DNA of 64,000 nucleotides. It comes from Candidatus Krumholzibacteriota bacterium. Lineage in GTDB: Bacteria > Krumholzibacteriota > Krumholzibacteriia > JAJRXK01. The notes under the pieces are model-generated. The model saw nothing but the letters and a program-made list of their open reading frames with translations, was not told where the DNA came from and searched no databases. Of the stretch, positions 1 through 8,951 are shown piece after piece. The stretch covers positions 1,085 through 65,084 of the forward strand of contig CAVXTH010000006.1 of NCBI GenBank assembly GCA_963764625.1, in the 5' to 3' direction. The position numbers and the translations under genes are program-made. Numbering within the stretch: the stretch's first letter is position 1; the number at the start of each line of letters is the position of its first letter.

Positions 1-480
1 GTGGGTATCGACCACCACGCCGTCGGGGTTGTCGAAGGCGTTTCCCAGGACGACGTTGGCGGTCTTGCGGCCCACTCCGGCCAGGGCGTGGAGCTGCTCC
101 ATGTCGTTGGGAATGACTCCGTCGTAATCCTCCACCAGACTCTTGCAGGCGGCGCGGATGTTCTTGGCCTTGTTGCGGAAGAAGCCGGTGGAGCGAATCG
201 CGTCCTCGATTTCCTCTTGGGTGGCTTCCGCGAAGGCCTGGGGATCGGGGTACTTCCGGAAGAGATCTTCGCATACCAGGTTCACCCGCACGTCGGTGCA
301 CTGCGCCGAGAGAATGGTGGCGATGAGCAGCTGGAAGGGGTCGTCGTGCACCAGGGCGCAATCGGCGGCGGGGTAGAGGCGTTGCAGTTCTTTGTCGATC
401 GCCTTCCAATGGGGATTCGGAACTTTGGAGCCGAAACTCTTGGGAGAGCGTTGCGAGCTGGTTTTCTTCTTGGTGGGCAT
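1..480 (-). CDS. nth: endonuclease III (Nth, HhH-GPD base-excision glycosylase); start codon at 478-480, 3' part runs off window start
   Basis: Minus-strand translation MPTKKKTSS...LHALAGVGRKTANVVLGNAF shows the classic EndoIII HhH-GPD motif. The listed +strand ORF 1..504 is its antisense shadow. Confidence 0.85.
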   Translation of the reverse strand, partial: MPTKKKTSSQRSPKSFGSKVPNPHWKAIDKELQRLYPAADCALVHDDPFQLLIATILSAQCTDVRVNLVCEDLFRKYPDPQAFAEATQEEIEDAIRSTGFFRNKAKNIRAACKSLVEDYDGVIPNDMEQLHALAGVGRKTANVVLGNAFDNPDGVVVDTH

Positions 481-641
481 GGTGCACGTGGGGCCAGAGA
501 GTGAGAGTCGGGTGAGCGGCCAGAATAAGGGAAACGATCTTCGAGAGCCAGAGTGAGTGACGGTGGATCCTCCTTGCACTGGCCGCAGAGCCCGTGCTAC
601 GGTGCATTCACGCCCTGGTCCCCCGTGGGCTTCAGTTTTTC

Positions 642-1235
642 ATGCGTCCACTTCGAATCCTATTTCTGTCCGCACTTGTGACCGGGCTCGTCGTGAGTTC
701 GGTTCTTGCTGGCACCTTGTGCGGGACAGTCCGTGACGCGCAGACTCTGAATCCCGTTCCAGCTGCCGGTATTTTCCTCTACCAATCGAACGTCTACACC
801 GGTCTGAACACCGCCAGTGATAACGCGGGCCAGTACTGCCTCAGCGCGGTTCCTCCCGGCACCTATGACATCGAAGTGCGCGTCGATGACTACCAGACTG
901 CGTGGGTCACTGGGGTCGAAGTTCCAGACGACGCCACTGCGGTCGATCTCTTTTCCTCGGTTCCTGCGGAGCTCGATGCGCCCTGGCCCAATCCCTCGGG
1001 CTCTCAGGTGTTCTTCCGCTATCGCTTGGGCACCACGGTTCCGGTGCGCTTGCTCGTCTACGACGTCCGCGGACGAGTGATCCGCGGATGGGCCGGTCGC
1101 GGCGGTACCGGTGAAACGGAACTTCGCTGGGATTTCCGTGACGACACCGGTCACCCCGTCGCGTCCGGTCTCTACTTCGTCCAGCTGCACGCGGGAGAGC
1201 GTGTTCTCACCCGCCGTCTCGTGCGGATTCGTTAG
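642..1235 (+). CDS. secreted carboxypeptidase-regulatory-like (CarbopepD_reg) domain protein with FlgD-Ig/T9SS-type C-terminal domain
   Basis: ATG at 642 begins a signal-peptide-like N-terminus (MRPLRILFLSALVTGLVVSSVLAG). CTVRD...GTYDIEVR is a CarbopepD_reg-like fold. The C-terminus ...ASGLYFVQLHAGERVLTRRLVRIR matches the Por_Secre_tail pattern. Terminates with tandem TAG-TGA. Confidence 0.6.
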   Translation: MRPLRILFLSALVTGLVVSSVLAGTLCGTVRDAQTLNPVPAAGIFLYQSNVYTGLNTASDNAGQYCLSAVPPGTYDIEVRVDDYQTAWVTGVEVPDDATAVDLFSSVPAELDAPWPNPSGSQVFFRYRLGTTVPVRLLVYDVRGRVIRGWAGRGGTGETELRWDFRDDTGHPVASGLYFVQLHAGERVLTRRLVRIR

Positions 1236-1249
1236 TGAAAGGAATCTCC

Positions 1250-3595
1250 ATGCGCTCGGCATCCTTGATTCTCGCCTTTTTGATTTTGGTGGTGCTTCCT
1301 CTGGGATGTGGTCAAGAGCAAGGCACGCTCGATCCGCTTCCCGCTTCCAAGGAGCTCGTGGTGGCTGGGACGGTGCGCGATGAGACGGGGGCGCCTCTCG
1401 CCGGCGCCACCGTCGGCTTGGAAGTGGCGACGAATGGAATCGTCGCGAGCGTGCAGGAGCTGATGGATCAGAGGCCCGCAGCGGTCGCGGTGAATCAGCC
1501 GACTTCGTCCAAGCTGGCCGACGCGCCATTCGCGAAGAGTCTGCTCAGTGCGGCTTCGAAGCAGCGGGTGTTGAGCGATACCAACGGGCGTTACGTATTC
1601 GGCGATCTGTCTCGTGGTGTCTACGCGCTGGAAGGCAGCCTCGAGGATCATCTGGCCTCGAGCCAGCGCATTGACTTGATGCTGGCGGCGGCGGGCACGA
1701 CCTACGTCGACATCGATCTCACCCCCACCGGATCCTTCTGGGGCAACGCCCAGCTGGAGAACACCAGCAATCATCAGGGAAGCGTGGTCTACGTCGAAGG
1801 AACCTCCTATGTGGCGGTGACGGATCCGGCGGGGGACTATCACATCGCGGGGGTGCCCACCGGCAGCTGGACCGTGCGGGCCCAGCATCCCGGCTATCTA
1901 GAGGATTCCACCAGTGGGATGATCACAGCGGCGGGGGATTCGATTCCCTTGAGCCAGTTGTATCTGCCGCTCGACGCGAACATTCCGCCGGTGGCCGGCA
2001 TCTCGGGCCTCATCGGTCCTTTCACGCAGAACGAAGTCATCAACTTCGATGGGAGCGGCAGCGATGCCGATGGCTCGGTGGTGTATTACGAATGGGACTT
2101 CGAGGATGACGGCGTCTTCGACTGGTCCGATTCCAATTCCGCCGCGACCACCCACGCGTATCCCGACACGGGGATGGTCCGCGTCAAGTTGCGGGTGACT
2201 GACGATAAGGGTGCCACCGGGCTCGCGGCGGCGAGCTTCGACATCGTCGAGACTCCCACCATCTATGTTTCGACCAGCGGTTCGCCCGGTGGAAGTGGTA
2301 GCTCTGCCGATCCACTGGGCTCGATCAACGCGGGAATTGCGGAAGCTCAAAATCAGGGGATTCAATACGTTCTGGTTTCCGAGGGAACATTCGCGGAGGC
2401 GGTCAATCTGGTCGATGGAATTTCCGTGCTGGGGGGCCGTGTGCCGACGAGTGGCTGGGCCGAGAGTGCGCTCGGCTTCACCGTGTGTAATTCACCCAGT
2501 GGAACCTCCTCGACCGCCAATGGAATCACCGCGGGCACGATCGTGCGCCGCCTGCACTTCGTCGCGCCCAGCTCGGCCAGTGGGAATTCAATCGGCCTGT
2601 ACAGCAAGAACTGCGGTGCCGCGCTCGAGTTTCAGGAGTGCAACTTCGCATCCGGGAACGGTGCCGCGGGTACGCCCGGCGTGGCCGGCGCGATCGGGAC
2701 CATCACCGGCAGCTCGGGTGCTGCGGGCTTGGCGGGAAGTTGCGACAGCTCGAACGGGGCCGGAGGGAGCGGTGGCTCGGGTGCTTGTTATGGTGGACAT
2801 GGTGGGGCAGGAGGGGCTGAAGGGGCCAACCCTGGTTCATCCGGTTTCACCGGCGGTTGTGGTGGCGGCGGTGGCGGTAGTGGTGGGGCTGCGAGCAACA
2901 ATGGCACGCTCTCCTGCAACGATGCGGGGAATCCCGGGTACGGCGGAGGGGCGGGTGCGAGCGGGTCGTATGGGCCGACCGGTTTGGCGGGAAGTCCTGC
3001 TGGGAGCGTGGTGTCCGAGAACTGGCTGCCTTTCGATTCGTCGGACGGCGGCAACGGTACCGACGGTCGTGGTGGTGGTGGTGGCGGTGGCGGTGGAGGC
3101 CAAGGCGGCACGGTCTGCAATGATGGCGGTGGCAACGGCGGTGGTGGCGGCGGTGGCGGTGGGGGTCACGGATACGGTGGCCACGGAGGCGGCGGCGGCT
3201 ATGGGTCGTTCGGAGTGTTCATGTACAATTCCTCGCCTTCGTTCAACAGCTGTGTCTTCCAGAGCGGGAACGGTGGAAACGGCGGGAGTGGTGGCAGCGG
3301 AGGCGCAGGCAGGCCGGGTGGGTCGGGCGGATCTGGCGCGACCGTATGTACCTCCGAAGTCGGGCGCGGTGGCAACGGCGGTCATGGTGGAAGCGGTGGC
3401 GGAGGCGGTGGTGGCGCCGGAGGTCCGGGAGGGCCGAGTTGGGGGGTCTACCAGGCGGGCAGCAGCACCGCGACGATCCTCTCGCCGACCTACTCGGTTG
3501 GCACTTCCGGTCAGGGCGGTGCGGGCGGCGCGACTCCTGGTGGACCTGTGGCTCCCAGCGGCGCCAACGGTCTCTCCGGCAACGTCGGGCCCTGA
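1250..3595 (+). CDS. large secreted (lipobox LGCG) multidomain protein: CarbopepD_reg-like repeats, PKD domain, beta-helix-like region and ~300-aa Gly-rich low-complexity tail
   Basis: RBS aaagga precedes ATG 1250. Signal/lipobox MRSASLILAFLILVVLPLGCG. The PKD-like segment is FDGSGSDADGSVVYYEWDFEDDGVFDW...VRVKLRVTDDKGATG. Residues ~480-780 are poly-G/S/A/N. Confidence 0.6.
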   Translation: MRSASLILAFLILVVLPLGCGQEQGTLDPLPASKELVVAGTVRDETGAPLAGATVGLEVATNGIVASVQELMDQRPAAVAVNQPTSSKLADAPFAKSLLSAASKQRVLSDTNGRYVFGDLSRGVYALEGSLEDHLASSQRIDLMLAAAGTTYVDIDLTPTGSFWGNAQLENTSNHQGSVVYVEGTSYVAVTDPAGDYHIAGVPTGSWTVRAQHPGYLEDSTSGMITAAGDSIPLSQLYLPLDANIPPVAGISGLIGPFTQNEVINFDGSGSDADGSVVYYEWDFEDDGVFDWSDSNSAATTHAYPDTGMVRVKLRVTDDKGATGLAAASFDIVETPTIYVSTSGSPGGSGSSADPLGSINAGIAEAQNQGIQYVLVSEGTFAEAVNLVDGISVLGGRVPTSGWAESALGFTVCNSPSGTSSTANGITAGTIVRRLHFVAPSSASGNSIGLYSKNCGAALEFQECNFASGNGAAGTPGVAGAIGTITGSSGAAGLAGSCDSSNGAGGSGGSGACYGGHGGAGGAEGANPGSSGFTGGCGGGGGGSGGAASNNGTLSCNDAGNPGYGGGAGASGSYGPTGLAGSPAGSVVSENWLPFDSSDGGNGTDGRGGGGGGGGGGQGGTVCNDGGGNGGGGGGGGGGHGYGGHGGGGGYGSFGVFMYNSSPSFNSCVFQSGNGGNGGSGGSGGAGRPGGSGGSGATVCTSEVGRGGNGGHGGSGGGGGGGAGGPGGPSWGVYQAGSSTATILSPTYSVGTSGQGGAGGATPGGPVAPSGANGLSGNVGP
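2650..3590 (+). repeat. GGN-codon-rich low-complexity DNA tract encoding the glycine-rich tail; generates long spurious ORFs in other frames
   Basis: Runs of ggcggtggcggtgg... The overlapping six-frame ORFs 2211..3629(+), 2788..3135(-) and 2837..3385(-) are proline/alanine-rich artefacts. Confidence 0.5.
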
Positions 3596-3606
3596 GGGGC
3601 CTGCGC

Positions 3607-3635
3607 TTGACAGCTCGCAGCGAGGTTGATAGATT
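3607..3635 (+). promoter_or_regulatory. sigma70-like promoter TTGACA-N17-TAGATT upstream of tRNA-Lys
   Basis: TTGACA at 3607-3612, a 17-nt spacer, then TAGATT at 3630-3635. The same arrangement recurs upstream of tRNA-Asp. Confidence 0.5.
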
Positions 3636-3719
3636 GCCTCTCCGCTTGGCAGGCGACGCCGCTCCGGACCTCCTCGAGCTCCTTCCCGGTCCGGTCGGCT
3701 CGCGCCACACTTTTAGGGT

Positions 3720-3795
<76 letters not shown>

Positions 3796-3996
3796 GATAA
3801 CTCCCACCGACAGAGAATCTTAGAGAACCGTTAAGGAAGGACCAACAGGTACGGTTGGTTCATTAGGTTACTCTGAGGTTACTCCTCGGCTCCTGGACCT
3901 TCAAGTTTCGATCCACTTCTACCCATCTTCAGGCTGTCCTTACCAAAAACTCCATCGGCCTTGCCTGACTTGAACTTACAGCGTCCGGGCTGCTAG

Positions 3997-5022
3997 GCTT
4001 TTTGGACGCTAAATCTGATCCTACACCTGCTTGCCACCGCATTTCGATCCCGCCGTTCGCTCATCCTGGAAAATATCGCCCTCCGCCATCAGCTTCAGGT
4101 CCTGGGTCGTCGGAAACAGCGTCCTCTCTTGAAGGACCGGGATCGAACCGTTTGGATTCTCCTGCGACGAATGTGGCCCGACTGGCGAGGCTCTCTGGTC
4201 ATGGTCCGGCCCGAAACAGTGATCGGATGGCATCGGCGGGGATTCCGAGCGTTCTGGGCACGAAAGAGCCGCAAAGGCCAGCAGGGTAGACCACAGCTCT
4301 GGCGCGAGACGCGCGAACTCATCCGGCAAATGGCTCACGACAACCCCACCTGGGGAGCGCCGCGGATTCATGGGGAACTGTTGAAGCTGGGAATCGAGCT
4401 CAGTCCCACCACCGTCGCCAAATACATGAAGCGAACCGGGCCACCATCTCAGAGCTGGAAGACCTTTCTCGAGAATCACGCCAAGGAAATCGTCTCGGTG
4501 GACTTCTTCACGGTTCCAACCATTACCTGCCGGGTTCTTTACGTCTTTCTGATGGTTCACAATGCTTCGCGGAGGATCGTGCACTTCAACGTTACGGATC
4601 ATCCGACAATGGACTGGGCCGCTCAGCAGCTTGTGGAGGCGTTTCCTTGGGATTCGGCTCCCAAGTATTTGCTACGCGATAACGACAAAATCTACGGTTG
4701 GGACTTCACTTCGCAGGTGGAGATACTGGGTATCGAGGACTGCTCGACCTCGTACCGCTCCCCCTGGCAGAATCCATAGATAGAGCGGCTGATAGGGTCG
4801 GTCCGCAGGGAGTGCCTCGATCGTGTGATCATCATGGGAGAGTGGCACTTGTGCCGAGTGATGCGCCAGTATGTCGAATACTACAATGGAAGCCGCACGC
4901 ACCTTGGACTGGCGAAGGACTGTCCGATCACGCGAGAGGTCGAGCCTCCAGATATTGGGCCGATCAGGCAGCGTCCCATGGTTGGCGGGTTGCATCACCG
5001 GTACCATCGGGAGGCAGCCTAA
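3997..5022 (+). mobile_element. degenerate insertion-sequence remnant (rve/DDE transposase family) adjacent to tRNA-Lys
   Basis: The open frame from 3997 encodes ...ILENIALRHQLQVLGRRKQRPLL...WGAPRIHGELLKLGIELSPTTVAKYM...SPWQNP*IERLIGSVRRECLDRV...YYNGSRTHLGL, i.e. HTH plus integrase-core motifs. There is no canonical start, and the frame holds an in-frame TAG. Confidence 0.6.
4021..5022 (+). pseudogene. DDE transposase (integrase core domain) pseudogene: in-frame TAG at 4777-4779 directly before the catalytic-Glu motif, no ATG start
   Basis: ORFs 4129..4779 and 4825..5022 are in the same frame, separated only by TAG. Homology is continuous across the stop. Confidence 0.65.
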
Positions 5023-5363
5023 GCGTGGATTCGAGGCCGGATGGAGTTAGTGGTAGCGACAGTTGCGGGGTTCTGGCGGACGGGGCCGGAATCTCTGTTT
5101 CGAGAGCGAGAGTTTGGGGGTCGGTGGGAACCGGTAGGGGTCACGATCGGACCCCGTTGGGTGGTCGAAAAACTCTCGGTTTCTCTGTTTTACGACCCTC
5201 TCGGATTTGACAGCGGGGTTCCGGGTGCGGCCCAGGTGTAACCCAGGCGGAGTGTGCCCAGTTTCGACGAAGACATGAAAGATAGCCATCGCATAGTTCG
5301 ATGAGGTATCGTAGACGCAATAGAATCGCGATTAAGATGTGTCCTTGATAGGAGAGAGGTACC

Positions 5364-6260
5364 TTGCGGATTCTTCAACATTTCAGTGCAAACCAGCTCA
5401 GGCTTTCTCCATTTCCTTTCCGGCGTGAGCTTTCGATGGAGTCATATCTTGTCGATAATCCTGATGTTCTGACTCTTGATGATGTGACCTACTGTGACCC
5501 GCAGATTCTCGATTCCGAATTCCATGTGAAAGGAGGGCGTGGAAGTCAGGGCGCTGACGGACGGATTGATATTCTCCTGAATTTCGGTGCTGAAACCATT
5601 GGCATCGCGGAACTGAAGCTCGGTGAACTACGGTCCGAGCACCTGGTCCAGCTTGAAGACTATTTGGCAGAAAAGGACCAGATTCTCCAAGGAGTCCCCG
5701 GGCTCAATGACCCAGATACGATTTCCGAACCAGGTTGGATCGGGTTGCTTGTTGGTGAGTCCATCTGCCCAGAACTATCCCTAAAATTGAGCCGAGGACA
5801 TCTGTCACCCGGAGGCATACCGGTTGCCGGCCTGACCCTGCGACGGTACATCTGCCCGCAGGGGAAAGACGTATATGTCGTCACCGATAGCTATTTCCCA
5901 ATGAAGACTCGTGATATGACGAAATACGAGTTCGACGGCAAGACCTATGGAAAAGGTCGATTGGTTCTTGCCGTTGTTAAGAAGCATGTCGAAAAGAACC
6001 CAGACTGTTCTTTTGCTGACCTAGAGGGACTCTTTCCGCCTTCTATTCAGGGAAGTCAGGGTGTCTTTACCAGTGAGGTTGGTGCCCGAGAGGTTTTTTC
6101 AAACTCAGGTAGAACGAGACACTTCTTGAAACCGGAAGAGATTGTGCAGCTCAGCGACGAGCGGATTGCTGTATGCAACCAGTGGGGTATTGGAAACATC
6201 GACAATTTCATTTCTGCGGCCGAAATCCACGGATATAGGATCGAAGTTGCGAGGTCGTGA
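5364..6260 (+). CDS. hypothetical protein with PD-(D/E)xK-type nuclease motif (restriction-endonuclease-like fold), unknown family
   Basis: Strong RBS ggagagagg precedes TTG 5364, with an alternative ATG at 5436 (MESYLV...). The motif DGRIDILLNF-x12-IGIAELKLGEL fits D...E-x-K. The gene sits in the low-GC island. Confidence 0.5.
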   Translation: MRILQHFSANQLRLSPFPFRRELSMESYLVDNPDVLTLDDVTYCDPQILDSEFHVKGGRGSQGADGRIDILLNFGAETIGIAELKLGELRSEHLVQLEDYLAEKDQILQGVPGLNDPDTISEPGWIGLLVGESICPELSLKLSRGHLSPGGIPVAGLTLRRYICPQGKDVYVVTDSYFPMKTRDMTKYEFDGKTYGKGRLVLAVVKKHVEKNPDCSFADLEGLFPPSIQGSQGVFTSEVGAREVFSNSGRTRHFLKPEEIVQLSDERIAVCNQWGIGNIDNFISAAEIHGYRIEVARS

Positions 6261-6308
6261 TTGCGATTCGGTCATACATGTATTCTACAGTGATCGAAGG
6301 GGTGGGAA

Positions 6309-8246
6309 ATGCCTGAAAAACCACGGTATCTGTCGAAGGGGCGATTTAAGATCGGAAGTGAATGCCCACGAAAACTCTACTATCTATCCCACCGAGACCA
6401 ATACGCGAATCAAAACGACCACGATGAATTCCTGAAGGCTCTGGCCGAAGGCGGGCACCAGGTAGGTGCCTTAGCTCAGGCGTATTTTCCTGGCGGCACA
6501 CTGATTTCTACCCTCGACTATGAAGAGTCGGTGGCACAAACGCTCAAGTTGATAGAGCAAGACAACGTCGTCATATATGAGCCGGCATTTTTGCTAGACG
6601 ACTTTTTCATCCGAGTGGATGTGCTTGTAAAAAGCGGTGATCAGGTTCAGTTAATCGAGGTCAAGGCCAAGTCATTTGATCGAGGGCGGGGTTTTCTAAC
6701 CAACAGGGGATTCCCGCGAGCTGGCAAAGAAAGCTATCTCGATGATGTGGCGTTCCAGACATGGGTCGTCCGTCAGTTCCGACCAGAGTGGGAAGTGATA
6801 CCGTACCTGATGTTGGTGGATAAAGACCGAATGGCAACCGTGGATGGGCTGCACCAACTGTTTCGAATTTCCCAGGACGATCAGGGAAGAACGGACGTGG
6901 TTCTGACTGAACCCGTGACCGCGGAGAGGCTGGGTCGCGAGCTTCTCACATTGGAGGATATGACGGAGTTCGTCGACCGCATTGAGGCGGGCACCATGCG
7001 CGACCTAACCAAGGTTCCCCCATACCAAGGAAATCCCATTGCTGAGCGAGCGGAAATGTTGGCCAGCATTTACCGCGATGGGACTCGTGTGCCGGCGGAA
7101 ATCGGCCAGAAGTGTAAAAAGTGTGAATATCGAAACAGTCCGAAGTCTGCGGCTATGGGGCTAAAAAGTGGCTTTGAAGAGTGCTGGGCGGAGAGCTTGG
7201 GGCCGGAGTTTAACCCAGATGTGCCTCTTGTCACTGATATTTGGAGCTTCACGAAAATAGGGAGGATGCTGGACCAAGGAGTCTGGAAAATGGCGGACGT
7301 TCCAGACATTGAATTGTCGGAATTCCACCGGCCTCAAGTTCGCGTCACCCTCGGCCAAGGGGAGGATGAGTGGGCCGCTCCCGCGCTGAGGGATGAGTTA
7401 GCTACATGGACCTATCCCCTGCATTTCTTGGATTTTGAAACCATCAGCCCAGCGATTCCATTCCACAAGGATCTCCATCCCTATGAGAGCGAGGGGTTCC
7501 AGTTTAGCTGCCACCATGTGGCGCAAGATGGGAGCATCACTCATGACCAGCACATAGCTAGGGAACCAGGGAAGTACCCCAGCTACGATTTCCTCGTCGA
7601 GTTGGAAAGGGTTTTGGGGCGGGACGAAGGCACAATTTTACGGTACTCGCCGCATGAGAACACGATTCTCAGGCACTTACGAAGAAACCTAGTCGGTCAG
7701 AGACCAGCTGTACCCGCGACGGTCGGTGTGGACGGCCTGATCGCGTTTATCGATAGCATTACGGCAAGCACGGGCCGTGAGCCCAATCACTTGGGGCCCC
7801 GCTGTATGGTGGATATGTATCCTATTGTGAAGAACCACTACTACCACCGGCGTATGGGTGGCAAGAAATCCATAAAGGCGGTGTTGGATGCGATGATATC
7901 CACGAGTCCAGTATTGAAGGAGCGATACTCGAAACCGCTGGAATTCGGGACGAACCTCCGGGGCATGGTTATGCACCAAGTGGACCCGGAGACCGGAATG
8001 ACCAGAGATCCCTATAGTTTGTTGCCTCCTGTATTTCAAGACGTGGAGCCAAGCCTCTTGAGCTTTTTTGAAGAAGACGAAAATTTGAAGGATGGCGGTG
8101 CCGCCATGACGGCCTTTGCGAAGATGCAGTTCACCGAGATGGGGGACGATGAACGAGAGGCCACAGTTCAAGCGCTGTTGAAGTACTGTGAGTTGGATAC
8201 GTTGGCGATGGTCATGGTTTGGGAAGGATGGGGAGGGTTGCAATAA
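6309..8246 (+). CDS. DUF2779-like two-domain nuclease: N-terminal Cas4/RecB-like PD-(D/E)xK domain with 4-Cys (Fe-S) signature fused to C-terminal DEDD (DnaQ-like) exonuclease-like domain
   Basis: N-term LSKGRFKIGSECPRKLYY. Motifs FIRVDVLVK...LIEVKAKS fit the D/E-x-K pattern. Cys cluster is C(19)...CKKCEYRN-x17-FEECW. Exo-I-like motif is LHFLDFETISP. The gene ends ...CELDTLAMVMVWE and lies in the low-GC island. Confidence 0.6.
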   Translation: MPEKPRYLSKGRFKIGSECPRKLYYLSHRDQYANQNDHDEFLKALAEGGHQVGALAQAYFPGGTLISTLDYEESVAQTLKLIEQDNVVIYEPAFLLDDFFIRVDVLVKSGDQVQLIEVKAKSFDRGRGFLTNRGFPRAGKESYLDDVAFQTWVVRQFRPEWEVIPYLMLVDKDRMATVDGLHQLFRISQDDQGRTDVVLTEPVTAERLGRELLTLEDMTEFVDRIEAGTMRDLTKVPPYQGNPIAERAEMLASIYRDGTRVPAEIGQKCKKCEYRNSPKSAAMGLKSGFEECWAESLGPEFNPDVPLVTDIWSFTKIGRMLDQGVWKMADVPDIELSEFHRPQVRVTLGQGEDEWAAPALRDELATWTYPLHFLDFETISPAIPFHKDLHPYESEGFQFSCHHVAQDGSITHDQHIAREPGKYPSYDFLVELERVLGRDEGTILRYSPHENTILRHLRRNLVGQRPAVPATVGVDGLIAFIDSITASTGREPNHLGPRCMVDMYPIVKNHYYHRRMGGKKSIKAVLDAMISTSPVLKERYSKPLEFGTNLRGMVMHQVDPETGMTRDPYSLLPPVFQDVEPSLLSFFEEDENLKDGGAAMTAFAKMQFTEMGDDEREATVQALLKYCELDTLAMVMVWEGWGGLQ

Positions 8247-8282
8247 GGCAAGAGTCTCGAATTCGCCGGGATACGAGAATCC

Positions 8283-8897
8283 TCATCTGAACCCGATCGT
8301 ACGCTCCAAAGCGTTGTCCGTGCCGACCGTTGAAAATTCTTTAACGACTTCTTCTACTACAAGTGCATGCCCTACTTTGATGGTCTCCGCCATCATCATT
8401 CTTCTGCGCACGAACATCAAAGGTACCGCGTTCCTATAGCGGAGAAGAACGAGTACGCACAGCAGGCAGAAGAACAGGCGCCAGAGCGATCCTTGAGCGA
8501 ATATCGCCACCAACGCTTGGGAGGCTGCTGGACTGTAAGTGTCGAGGGGGATGCCATCTGCCCCCTGAGCCGTGGAATAGCCGCTGAAGATGATGGCCAG
8601 ACTTTGGGCCGCTTTCATCCCGACCACTAGCCCGAAGAGCCAGAGCGCGAGCTTGTTGGCCCGATACTCGTTGCTCAGGTGCCGCGGGAGAAGCTTGTCG
8701 AGCATTACCGAACCTCCAAAGTGGCCCTTTATCTCTCTTCGGGGACCGACGAGAGAGAGTTGAGGCTCGTTATCCGAAAACACCGCAAGCCAGATGTCGC
8801 TGATCAAAGGGACCATCAACGGCTGCGAAACAACCCTCACTGTGACACGACTATGCTCCAGCATGACCCTTGTTGCAAACCAGAACAGGTCCCCCAA
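8283..8897 (-). CDS. hypothetical membrane protein (start uncertain)
   Basis: ORF holds 3-4 hydrophobic helices (LALWLFGLVVGM..., LWRLFFCLLCVLVLL). No recognisable family. Lower-GC context. Confidence 0.3.
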   Translation of the reverse strand: MGDLFWFATRVMLEHSRVTVRVVSQPLMVPLISDIWLAVFSDNEPQLSLVGPRREIKGHFGGSVMLDKLLPRHLSNEYRANKLALWLFGLVVGMKAAQSLAIIFSGYSTAQGADGIPLDTYSPAASQALVAIFAQGSLWRLFFCLLCVLVLLRYRNAVPLMFVRRRMMMAETIKVGHALVVEEVVKEFSTVGTDNALERTIGFR

Positions 8898-8951
8898 GCC
8901 CCCCCAAGACCAGTCCGGTGCCAGGTTCTTGGTGTAGGGTAGTCAGACCTT

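Noticed and set aside
1-504. +strand ORF 1..504 (167 aa)
   Set aside because: Antisense shadow of nth. No protein-like features.
2211-3629. 472-aa +strand ORF (and minus-strand ORFs 2788..3135, 2837..3385, 3243..3710) overlapping the Gly-rich gene
   Set aside because: Pro/Ala/Arg-rich frames are generated by the GGN repeat. The in-frame partner has signal peptide, PKD and other real domains.
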